This document shows positions 1 through 8,926 of a DNA stretch of 54,397 nt, piece by piece (within the stretch, counting starts at the first letter, position 1; each line of letters opens with the position of its first letter). The position numbers and the translations under genes were made by a program. This DNA is from Barthelona sp. PAP020 (Eukaryota): positions 1 to 54,397 of the forward strand of contig JARQWU010000009.1 of the NCBI GenBank assembly GCA_040182905.1. The letters run 5' to 3'. The notes below the pieces were generated by a model. The model saw only the letters and a list, made by a program, of their open reading frames with translations, had not been told where the DNA came from and did no database searches.

Positions 1-364
1 TAATATTGGATCTTTTGGCAATCCAGTCATTGTGAATGTCTAAAAGTTAGAAAAGATTAATTTACACATTACATACTTTACCAGTTCCAGTTTGACCATA
101 AGCAAGAATTGTACCATTAAATCCTCCAAGTACAGATTCAACAATAGGATGAGCAGTGCTTTCATACACATCAGTTTGTTTCGAATTGTCACCAAATGCC
201 CAATGGAAGGAAAATACTTTCGGATCTCTATCACTGTGATCAGGATTTTGAATATAAACAGAATTCTTAGATTCATCAACGTCGACAATTTTTGTATTTT
301 TGTTGGTTCTTTCCTTACTATTCAACGGCCGTAATCTAATCGCAACTTTTACCTCTTCAGGCAT
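1..364 (-). CDS. Kinesin motor protein (kinesin-2/KIF3-like), 5' part; runs off the window; intron 40-76
   Basis: VKVAIRLRPLN, F.F..AF and GFNGTILAYGQTGTGK P-loop. Removing the 37-nt GTATGT...CTAACTTTTAG intron restores GTGK-TFTMTG. Confidence 0.9.
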
Positions 365-534
365 TCGAAAATCAAATTATTTGTTCAAAAAAAAATTGAA
401 TTTTTTGACATCAACAAAGTCTTTTTATCATACTATTATTTTTCTAAAAATAGAACAGGAAATCCAGCATAAAAGATTTTAAAAGAAATGATAGAAACTA
501 AAAAGCAAAGTAAATTTATAAAATGCCCGAAAAC

Positions 535-1005
535 CTAGTATCTGTTCATCTTAAAACCATGAGTAAGGAAATAACAATGGTAAAGATCACCATCAACGTG
601 TTTTACCATGGCAATAGCACCTTCATCATCGTTTTGTGAGTTCAAGAAAAACATCATGTTGGCAGCATCGTCAACAAGATCCTTCAAAACAGCACCAATA
701 CCATTCTTGAAGTTTTCCTTGGCATCACCTTCTAATTTGTCAAGAACATTTTTGCAATATTTCTTCAAATACTTCTTGAATTGTTTAGGAGTAAAAGGAA
801 GCAAGTTCATGGAGAAACCCTCGACAAAATCAAGATTTTCATATCCATCATCAGGCATTACACCATCCCAAATAGGATTTCCATCACCATCAAACTTTCT
901 CATGAAAACGTCAAATTCAGTGAGAAATTCGTTAACTTGACGGGAAGGATAAGCATCAGAGATAACTTCAGCTTTGCTAATTAAACAGGACCAAACGGTA
1001 GGCAT
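535..1005 (-). CDS. TCTP: Translationally controlled tumour protein (TCTP)
   Basis: 156 aa; EVISDAYP N-terminal motif, FTPKQFKKYLKKYCK helix and C-terminal YFLTHGF match the TCTP family. Confidence 0.8.
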   Translation of the reverse strand: MPTVWSCLISKAEVISDAYPSRQVNEFLTEFDVFMRKFDGDGNPIWDGVMPDDGYENLDFVEGFSMNLLPFTPKQFKKYLKKYCKNVLDKLEGDAKENFKNGIGAVLKDLVDDAANMMFFLNSQNDDEGAIAMVKHVDGDLYHCYFLTHGFKMNRY

Positions 1006-1230
1006 TCTAAACAGAAAAAAAAAGGGGAGAGAAAATTTGCAAAATTTTCATTTTAAAATTTTTCATTTGAAAATTTATTCTTTTAAAAAAAATTGTTAAT
1101 TTTTTATCAGTAATGTGTTGTGTGGGTTTGAACAAAGAAATAAATGACATTAACAAAAGGAAAAAAAAATTGAAAAAAAATTTGCAAAAAAACAATTTCT
1201 TTCACAATTTTTTGTCTTTGTTAACTAGAA

Positions 1231-1508
1231 ATGGTATGTTTGATGAGCACAATATGTAATTTAGTACATATATATTTCAACTTTTATTTTATTTGATAAT
1301 TCTAACAATAAGGCTGCTTACAAAACCTTCAACAAGAAAAGAAGAATGGCTAAACTTCGTCGTACTAATCGTCGTGCCCCTACTTGGTTATATTATACCA
1401 CTGATGCTAACAATCGTTCTCTTCGGTAATTTAGATTATTTCTATTTATTTCTAACTTTTAGTTCATCTTCTAAGAGAAATTGGAGACGTAATTCATTGA
1501 AACTCTGA
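1231..1508 (+). CDS. RPL39: 60S ribosomal protein eL39; exons 1231-1233, 1313-1425, 1463-1508
   Basis: Spliced product MAAYKTFNKKRRMAKLRRTNRRAPTWLYYTTDANNRSLRSSSKRNWRRNSLKL matches L39e (KT..K...AK....NR..P.W, R.WRR..L). Both introns are GT-AG with CTAAC. Confidence 0.88.
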
Positions 1509-1687
1509 TGAATTTATGTCAAATTTTACTTGTTATCTTCAACTCTCGAATTTTTTTTAAGTATTAAAAGTTGAAGATTTTTTCGTAAACGTTTCTAGTA
1601 TTGGTTTTTTATTTATTGAAGTCAATTAAAAATACAAAAATAATTTATGAAATTAAGAACATGATTCTCCTTCTGAAAAAAAAAGCA

Positions 1688-2006
1688 CTATTTGTTTTGT
1701 TGTCTTTTGGAACTGAAGCTTCTCGAAAGTTCTTCTTCTTTTGTCAACCTTTGCTGGAACGATTGAACCTTATCACGTAAGGAACGAATGACAACAGCTT
1801 TTTGAGAAAGAATCTTGTTCAAATTTTGAACATAATTATCAACATCAGCACCTGGTCTATCGACATCATTCAAAAGAATCATTTCTTCACGCATTAGTTC
1901 CATCATGATGTCCACTTGTTGCCTGTGCAAAGCAATCAGATTATCTTGTTCATCTAAAATTTCAGTGGCAATAGCCTTGTGAGTTAAAGCCAATTGATCT
2001 GTTTCA
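1688..2006 (-). CDS. Kinesin-13-like protein, C-terminal coiled coil only (5' part lost in the gap)
   Basis: LIALHRQQVD..MELMREEMILLNDVDRPGADVDNYV..L..IL..K...I..L......FQ..L..EE.LSR resembles the plant/protist kinesin-13 tail; frame is open up to the N run. Confidence 0.75.
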
Positions 2007-2016
2007 NNNNNNNNNN
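2007..2016. other. Assembly gap (10 N; true size unknown)
   Basis: Run of N with truncated ORFs on both sides. Confidence 1.
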
Positions 2017-2467
2017 GAAATCAGAGACATAATCAAATATGTCATCATATTTGTTCTCTGAGTAGAATTGCCGGTTTAAAAGTTTTCCCAAGTGAACCTC
2101 TTGGTGCAAACAGACGTGGAGATCTCTTATTGACTGACCCACTTCATGGATCAAAGATTTTTGATGTTACTATTGTGGATCAGGTCAAAGTTGGCCGACA
2201 GAGAAAGAAACGGCAGGATCCATCTGTTATTCCTTTGGTATTCTCTGAACATGGTGATCTAAGTTCAGAAGTAGTCGAATTATTTCAACTCATAACCAGT
2301 AAACTCGACTCTTTTGTTCTCAGCCACATGTTTAGGAAGACAAAGTACCTGATGGCCTCCGTTTTGTTCTCATGTCTGGCCAAACTCAATACAGAGCAAC
2401 AATTTTGATGTAATTTTCCCAGAAAAGTCCCAGTATGACTGTAAAAGAGTCTAGTAAATATCTAAAA
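2017..2467 (+). mobile_element. 3' end of an RLE-type non-LTR retrotransposon (element A; ORF 2019-2408, truncated by the gap)
   Basis: Frame from 2019 reads NQRHNQIC...RRGDLLL...FDVTIV...RKK...PLVFSEHG, the RHN / RxD / D / K / P..G motifs of a restriction-like endonuclease. It is collinear with the C-terminus of ORF 2532-7352. Confidence 0.8.
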
Positions 2468-2497
2468 TAGCCCTAGTTAGCCCTAGTTAGCCCTAGT
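2468..2497. repeat. Tandem repeat (TAGCCCTAGT)x3, telomere-like (other strand ACTAGGGCTA)
   Basis: Three perfect 10-nt copies between element A and element B. Confidence 0.95.
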
Positions 2498-5400
2498 AGT
2501 AAATAGGTAAAATTAGGAGGATTAGTTTTTTATGAACGGCAATATGCCAGATACGCCCTACGACACAGGGGGTGTATATGTATGTATCAGTGAGCAAGAT
2601 ACAGAGTATCTCAGGGAGCAAAGTGAACCCAATGAGATTACGCCTGTATACGCTAATATTATTGAAGAGAAGGAAGCTATACAAACCAATTACCCGATGG
2701 ATGCACTTCCCACAGGGTCAAAATTGGGTTTTCATAGCTCTACCTTGAGAAAATTAAGTTATGATAAAGTAAGGAAAGAGATTGTAGCAAAAAAGCCACC
2801 ATTTTTTTCTGCTAACACAGTCGCCAACCAGATGCTGTCCACACTTAGGGAACGTATATTAAGAGATCGTCGAAAAGCAGACTCTTATTTGAATACTTTA
2901 AGCACTTCTTTGGAACGTTGCTCTAGGATAGCTAGTCCAACTGGTTTGGTACGAGGATCGAGTCTGACCAACTCTGGAAAGGAGAAAGCTCAATCCAATG
3001 AGAAAATAGTAGGATCACCAAATGCTCATTCAAATAAAGAGCGGTGGTCAAGTGGAAACCTGTCAGATTCCCATGAATCCGAGGAGATGGTTCAACTCCC
3101 ATCAGAAGCTGATCTTTATAAAAATCAAATAGCTAGCAACTCTAATACTAGCAAAAATTCAATTTTGATAGAAGATAAAACGGCTAGCAACAACGAGGAT
3201 TCTACTGCCATTCGGGAATTATCAGTAAGCCAGGACAGAGATAAGCAAATATCTCATATGGCTTACTGGGCAGGTATTTCCAGCGAATCAAGTCCCCTGT
3301 GCTTTGACAAGTGCAGTGGGCCAGAGAATACTGCTAACACAATAGTTGATTTAGCACTTCCAAACCCGATCATTTCGGTTGGAGGGTATCTCTCTGAGAC
3401 AGAAGGACAGATAGAGGATATCTGCTCCAGTTCTAAATTGATGTCTAAGACATCGAAGGTTGGTGAAGTTTCAATCCCAGGTGGCACTGGCACCAATCCA
3501 GCTATAGTTGGTCAGTTTAGTTGCGCAAACAACGACTATATGCTGAACACTTCACGTACGTCACGAGGTTTTTGCTCAAGTATGGTTATTATAGAAGGTG
3601 ACAGTGAAGTGGAGGAGGAAGCTGAGGTAAACCAACTAGGAAAGTTGGTTACTTTGCTAGAAAAGGATCTTGAATCGAAAGAGGATGGTGAATTGGAAGG
3701 ATCAGCAAATTGCCAAGGAGTGAGCTGTACTGAAGGCTATGAAAATCACTCCACAACACTGAGTAAGGGTGCGAGGGATGAACACTTGTATACCCCACGA
3801 AGGGTAGATGGTGCGCACACCTCCACACCGCTCGGTGAGTGTGTTAGTGATTGTCAATTGCCCAATCCACGAAGTTTGGGGATTGATCTTGACTCAGAAC
3901 CGGAGGTACACACTTTGTTAACACAAGATACAGAGTGTGTCATAGAACTTGACTCAAGCATTGAACAAGTCAGACCATTACCCACACATAGAATCATAAG
4001 GAGTTCAGGGGTAGTGAGTGATAGCATGTCTGACGAGGAATTTGCATTATATCAACTGAGATCAAGACTGGACAGCAATCTAATACCCTTGCAATTTGTA
4101 CCAGATGTTATAGCAAAGCTAACGAATGGTCAACGAAAACTAGATGTTACCTCAGAGCAACTTTCTCCCAGGACACCAAATGGTGCTTCGCCAAGGAGTT
4201 CTCCCGGTCTTCGGACCTCGGATTCCTTTGATCGACAATGGTCATCTGCTGTGTTAGCTGTGGGCCAATCTCCCTGCTTAAGTGCAGTTTCTTCGGCTGG
4301 AGTAACTGTACCGGAGTTTGAGATTGGGGTCCCACGACCCGATCAAAGTGATGAAGAAGAGGCTCCAAGGAATGAAGGATTCAGCTCACCATTTGTTCCC
4401 AGTCAGGTCTTGCCGTCCATAGATCGTGAAGTAAATCTGGACATAGCGTTTAAGAATAAAAGAGGAAACTCTAATGCGCTCAGATTTCCTTCAGGGGGTG
4501 ATGAACCAAGTGGCTATCGTAAGATAACACGAAAATTCGAAACCTACGATGACTTTATATCCCTCATCAAGGATTTGTTACAACAGTGCATAGACTACTA
4601 TGCAAGTGTAGGTATTTACCTCACTTTTGAAACTGATGAAAATGGATATAAAATATTTATGGACTCTTCTTCGAATGATCGTGAGGAGAACTTTGTATTG
4701 AGTACAGAGCAATCATTCTATGAAACTGTCACTCACTATTTTGACAGGAGATCATTACTAAAGGGGAAGAAAAAGGCTGCTATTCGCGTCCGTGTCTTTG
4801 AAGATTCACGTGAAGAACGCCAGATACACAACACAAATGGTGCAACACCGCTTGTCAAACAAACATGCACTCGGTGCAGCAAGTGTGGGTTGATGAACAC
4901 TATTTGTGTAAGTAAGTCGACCAGTGGTAAATCTTACTGTGTACTCTGTGCTGCAATCACAGGACAACTCGCCATTTCAGAGGAACAACTTGCACAAAGT
5001 GCTATTGCTTCCCCTCAAGCTCGAATTCGGTTTCATCTACCTGATGATCCGTATATTCACAAACTTTGGGGCTTGAGAGTTGCTGAAGGATTATACCTGT
5101 ACTTAACAGGCAGTGACTTGAATGGTGAATACCTCTGGAATCTTCCGGCACTTTACCTTTTGAAAGGTGGACCCCCAGGTGCATTAAGAAAGAGGTTAGA
5201 ACAACCTCTATACAAGAGAAAACTTCCGAAACCTCACAAAAAGGGTAGAGGAGGATACAAACTGGAATCTCTTATCAAACACAACAGACTAAGCGGTGTT
5301 TATAAGATGATGAAAGGGGAAAGCACTGGGATAATAGACCGACCTGACGAGTCTGAGATGAAAAAGCTGTTTCCAAAAAGGAAAAGAGAAATCATGGAGG

Positions 5401-7412
5401 TTAAAACTTCTGATAAGACAAGATGGGTGGATTTCATGCACTCTCTCAGAAGTATTAATGAAAATGCATCAGCAGATCTATTCGGTTGGTCGCTACCCTT
5501 GATTCTTCCAACATCGGAAACAGGAAATGGGATCATTCTCCTGAATGCACTCTTCAATGAGTTACATAAAGGGAATATACCTGAATCTCTTAGACAGGGA
5601 AGGCTCACCCCGCTTGCCAAACCCAATGGAGGTGTTAGACCTGTAGTTATGGAACCTATGTTCCTTAAAGTTGTCTCGAAATACTTAGAAGAGCAACTAA
5701 AACAAGCCAAAATTGCAGTAGTAAAACATCAGTTCTGCTACACACGCAGCGGCACTACAGTTCTTGCCAGGTTACTTCAAGACTATCTCGAAAGGGATTA
5801 TTGGATACTTGGAATGGATCTTTCAAACGCATTCAACACTCTTGATCGGAATGCATTCTTGAAGAAACATCACCTTTTAGGGTCTGCAACCAATTACATT
5901 ACATCATTGTATAACAAGAGTAATTGGGCAGTTTTTGGTAAAAAGCGGTGGGAGATCTCAAGTGGTATAATGCAGGGTGATCCTCTCAGTCCTCTCTTAT
6001 TCAGTTTAGGAATAGATGACTGTTTAGATCAAGTATCTCGGAAGTATCAGGACGTTTTAGTCCTGGCATACCAAGATGATATATACCTTGTGTCCAAAAA
6101 ACCAGCTTGGAATGCGGGTACCGAGTTGTCCAACCTCTTAGCTGCTAATGACTTGAAGACCAATCTGAAGAAGACATTCATGTGTGGTCCAGACTCTACC
6201 AAGACTCCACAAGGATTTAATATCTCTGTTGTGAGTCAAGAGGAAGGTTTTAAAGCCATGGGTGTTCAGATAAAGAAAGGAACTCAGTCTGTTAGCATGT
6301 CTGAGAGTATGTTTACCATGCTGTTACAATTGCCGAAGCATATGGCGTACATTATCTACCGTCGTCATATCCAACCGAGTTTTACCCATATTTTCAGAGC
6401 GGTAAAACCTGAACGGTTGGATCTAGATCCGCTTCGATCGCAATTTACGCAGTTTTGTGTATACATAGGTATCCCAACCAAGCAAAACGCCCTCACACCC
6501 TTAAAATGTAATGGATTAGGGGTCTTTGATCCAATGATGCTCAGTAACGTTGCCTACTTTGGTGCGTTAGATGATCTGATGGAAAACTTCCCAGAACTGA
6601 GTGAACTTGGCAAAGATTCCCCATTACAAAAGGAGATTGAAAAACACCAAGTCCCTGATCGGAATTCAATCAGAAGTTTTATACCATCATACTTGAGTGT
6701 AGAGAAAATCTCATACCAGAAAGTGCGAACTCTACTCAGGTTCAAAGATCTGATTCAAGTAGGGGGAACATCTTCTCTGGAGAAGCAATTTCTGTCACCG
6801 ACAGAAGGGTGTGAGCTTCTTAGTGATGAATTTTTCGTCACTTCACTTCAGTTGTATCTCTCAAGAGATTCTGAGAGCCTAGAAACTCAAAGAATCACAC
6901 TGAGGGATACAAAGGTTCAAGACAAAAGAACAGTGCGACACACAAAAGTGACTAAAACACTTGTCAATCTGGCTCGAATGTCTGGAATCGCTGGAGTAAA
7001 AGAGAATGTCGCAATTACTCCGCAGGTTATTGCTGATTTTGTGACTTCTCATGGCCATGTGAGGGAGAACGTATACGACGTCACCATTGTGGTTCCAAAT
7101 GAAGGCGACAGCATCGGTCGTACCTTTGACAGGGTGTGCTTACGCAAATCCTCTCATTATTCCCCTACAAAGGTACACACGCTTGCTTTAACATCATTTG
7201 GACACATGAGTACTGAGTTACTTTCCTTCCTGGCCTTCTTAAAGAGGCATATGAGTCCTCTCGTGAAGAGATTCACATTGCCTCGTGCAAGGTACGCCAT
7301 CAGCCTTCAATTGATGGTCACAAGAGTGCTGTCATGGCACTCTGCCAACTAAACCGGACAAAAGTCCAAGCAAAATAAAGTTTCTTATTAGTTTCTTATT
7401 AGTAGTAGTAGT
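2498..7412 (+). mobile_element. Apparently full-length single-ORF RLE non-LTR retrotransposon (element B, CRE/SLACS/MoTeR-like)
   Basis: Visibly less AT-rich than the host. One intact ORF with RT then RLE, very short UTRs, simple-repeat tail, and TAGTTAGCCCTAG on both flanks. Confidence 0.9.
2532..7352 (+). CDS. Retrotransposon polyprotein: disordered N-terminus, Cys4 finger, reverse transcriptase, restriction-like endonuclease (1606 aa)
   Basis: RT motifs GRLTPLAKPNGGVRPV, QF, MDLSNAFNTLDR, GIMQGDPLSPLLF and AYQDD (YQDD at 6069-6080); thumb LTPLKCNGLGV; RLE motifs RH...ADF...YDVTIV...K..HY...TSFG. Confidence 0.93.
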   Translation: MNGNMPDTPYDTGGVYVCISEQDTEYLREQSEPNEITPVYANIIEEKEAIQTNYPMDALPTGSKLGFHSSTLRKLSYDKVRKEIVAKKPPFFSANTVANQMLSTLRERILRDRRKADSYLNTLSTSLERCSRIASPTGLVRGSSLTNSGKEKAQSNEKIVGSPNAHSNKERWSSGNLSDSHESEEMVQLPSEADLYKNQIASNSNTSKNSILIEDKTASNNEDSTAIRELSVSQDRDKQISHMAYWAGISSESSPLCFDKCSGPENTANTIVDLALPNPIISVGGYLSETEGQIEDICSSSKLMSKTSKVGEVSIPGGTGTNPAIVGQFSCANNDYMLNTSRTSRGFCSSMVIIEGDSEVEEEAEVNQLGKLVTLLEKDLESKEDGELEGSANCQGVSCTEGYENHSTTLSKGARDEHLYTPRRVDGAHTSTPLGECVSDCQLPNPRSLGIDLDSEPEVHTLLTQDTECVIELDSSIEQVRPLPTHRIIRSSGVVSDSMSDEEFALYQLRSRLDSNLIPLQFVPDVIAKLTNGQRKLDVTSEQLSPRTPNGASPRSSPGLRTSDSFDRQWSSAVLAVGQSPCLSAVSSAGVTVPEFEIGVPRPDQSDEEEAPRNEGFSSPFVPSQVLPSIDREVNLDIAFKNKRGNSNALRFPSGGDEPSGYRKITRKFETYDDFISLIKDLLQQCIDYYASVGIYLTFETDENGYKIFMDSSSNDREENFVLSTEQSFYETVTHYFDRRSLLKGKKKAAIRVRVFEDSREERQIHNTNGATPLVKQTCTRCSKCGLMNTICVSKSTSGKSYCVLCAAITGQLAISEEQLAQSAIASPQARIRFHLPDDPYIHKLWGLRVAEGLYLYLTGSDLNGEYLWNLPALYLLKGGPPGALRKRLEQPLYKRKLPKPHKKGRGGYKLESLIKHNRLSGVYKMMKGESTGIIDRPDESEMKKLFPKRKREIMEVKTSDKTRWVDFMHSLRSINENASADLFGWSLPLILPTSETGNGIILLNALFNELHKGNIPESLRQGRLTPLAKPNGGVRPVVMEPMFLKVVSKYLEEQLKQAKIAVVKHQFCYTRSGTTVLARLLQDYLERDYWILGMDLSNAFNTLDRNAFLKKHHLLGSATNYITSLYNKSNWAVFGKKRWEISSGIMQGDPLSPLLFSLGIDDCLDQVSRKYQDVLVLAYQDDIYLVSKKPAWNAGTELSNLLAANDLKTNLKKTFMCGPDSTKTPQGFNISVVSQEEGFKAMGVQIKKGTQSVSMSESMFTMLLQLPKHMAYIIYRRHIQPSFTHIFRAVKPERLDLDPLRSQFTQFCVYIGIPTKQNALTPLKCNGLGVFDPMMLSNVAYFGALDDLMENFPELSELGKDSPLQKEIEKHQVPDRNSIRSFIPSYLSVEKISYQKVRTLLRFKDLIQVGGTSSLEKQFLSPTEGCELLSDEFFVTSLQLYLSRDSESLETQRITLRDTKVQDKRTVRHTKVTKTLVNLARMSGIAGVKENVAITPQVIADFVTSHGHVRENVYDVTIVVPNEGDSIGRTFDRVCLRKSSHYSPTKVHTLALTSFGHMSTELLSFLAFLKRHMSPLVKRFTLPRARYAISLQLMVTRVLSWHSAN

Positions 7413-7421
7413 TAGCCCTAG
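7380..7421. repeat. Element B 3' tail: (GTTTCTTATTA)x2, a short AGT run, then TAGCCCTAG
   Basis: Read directly; TAGTTAGCCCTAG at 7409-7421 is identical to 2474-2486. Confidence 0.9.
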
Positions 7422-7849
7422 GTTTACCATGGCAATCAATTAGAGCAAAAACTAAAAAAGAAAAATATCATAAAATTGGTCTTCGAAAAGTTTATACTCC
7501 TTTACCGGTATTATGTTCAGGTAATGTACCAGATGGCTTCCAAACAATATTAAATTATATCAGAAATTTGGATTTTAAAGCCAATCCTGATTATGACTAC
7601 ATTAGAGATACCTTAAAACTCAGTTGTCAACACTACATTGATACTGAATCTGATGAAATTGTTTATGATTGGCAAAAAATAGGGGCTGATGAATATTCCA
7701 AAGCATCTATTTTTACCAAAGAATATTTACAACTTTTGGGTAATTTTAACACAAGCGATAGCAGCAGCAATGATAGCAAGGATCGTTTAAGTACAAGTCT
7801 ATCTCTTGTGAGTTCTAATAATTTGATATTAAATTCTCCTCATTTTTAA
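7421..7849 (+). CDS. Casein kinase 1 family, C-terminal part only (5' part separated by the retroelement array and gap)
   Basis: GLPWQSIRAKTKKEKYHKIGLRKVYTPLPVLCSG..P..F...LNYIRNLDFKANPDYDYIR...YDW matches the CK1 C-lobe (LPWQ; L.F...PDY; FDW). No start codon; begins exactly at the repeat junction. Confidence 0.88.
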   Translation, partial: GLPWQSIRAKTKKEKYHKIGLRKVYTPLPVLCSGNVPDGFQTILNYIRNLDFKANPDYDYIRDTLKLSCQHYIDTESDEIVYDWQKIGADEYSKASIFTKEYLQLLGNFNTSDSSSNDSKDRLSTSLSLVSSNNLILNSPHF

Positions 7850-8342
7850 ATTTACTAATTTTGCATTTATCTTGTGAAAGTTTTGAAATTTTAATGCTGA
7901 TCATCTTTCACACAATTGTATCATGTACATTCAGTTTTTTTAGTCTCCTTTTATTTACACATTTTCATTTTTATCAAAATAAATGAATTTTCTTTTGTTT
8001 TTTTGTTTTGTATGTAATGGTAACAATATAAAATTGCAATTATTATAACTGTTGGAAACTTTTGATTTTTAATTATGGAAGTGCTTTCCCTTTCATTTGA
8101 CTGATTTCAAGTTTGAAAGACCTTTTATAAATGTTTCAAAAAAGAAAAAAGAAACTATCAATCAAATCTTTAATAATCAAAAAAGAATAAAAAGATATAT
8201 TATTAATTTACATGAAAATACAAATTTCATTAATCACACAATAACTTTCAATATTATATTATTAATAAAAAATAAATAATTATCATCAATTTTCTGCGAA
8301 ATGAAACTTTTTAAAAATAAAGTCACGAAAAACTACCATCAA

Positions 8343-8855
8343 TTATGATTTTTCACTTATTTTTTCTTGAGATTCTTTCAAAGCCACCAAACGAGCATTT
8401 TCTTGTTCGGCAAATTTAAAATCAATATCTTCGAAAACAATCAATTGTTCATTGAGATCAGCTAATAAAGAATCATACGTCCAATGTTCATCATATTGAT
8501 TAGATTCAAAAATTCCAAAAGGTAAAATCAAATCAAGTAACTCTGAAACTTGATCATTCGAAATATCACAAAACTCTGATTTAGGCATTACAGCTTTAAT
8601 TTCTTGATTTAATTTGTCAATATCCTGTAGTTTTGGAATGAAATCAACAGGAACTTTAGAAATTTCACTTTGAAAACCTTCATTTGCACCTAATTCAGGA
8701 ATGACCAACACAGGTTGAGTGCTTTCCATATTGTTCATTGGTGGAGGACTAGGGGTTGAATCATCTCTCAAAGGATTGAAATCTTCGATTATTGTTGAAC
8801 CAACAATATTTTTTTCTTCAATCTTATCATCGTCTTCTAAAAACCAATAACTCAT
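8343..8855 (-). CDS. IFT43: Intraflagellar transport protein 43-like
   Basis: VIPEL...I...P....L..I..L....LL..ILP......DEHWTYDSLL.DL follows the IFT43 pattern (IIPDL ... DVGWDWDHLF.EV). Confidence 0.6.
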   Translation of the reverse strand: MSYWFLEDDDKIEEKNIVGSTIIEDFNPLRDDSTPSPPPMNNMESTQPVLVIPELGANEGFQSEISKVPVDFIPKLQDIDKLNQEIKAVMPKSEFCDISNDQVSELLDLILPFGIFESNQYDEHWTYDSLLADLNEQLIVFEDIDFKFAEQENARLVALKESQEKISEKS

Positions 8856-8926
8856 TTGAAAAGCAAAATGAAAGTAAAAAAAAAAAAGAATGAAAATTGA
8901 AATTTGATTTATTTTTATCTAACCGA

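Noticed and set aside
1241..1300. TGATGA box C in RPL39 intron 1 (intronic snoRNA)
   Set aside because: No CTGA box D or terminal stem.
1293..1508. 71-aa ORF from the track
   Set aside because: Largely an off-frame read of the spliced RPL39 gene.
2468..2497. CRISPR-like or retron-like interpretation of the repeats beside an RT
   Set aside because: The repeats are contiguous with no spacers, the RT has non-LTR motifs plus an RLE, and the context is eukaryotic.
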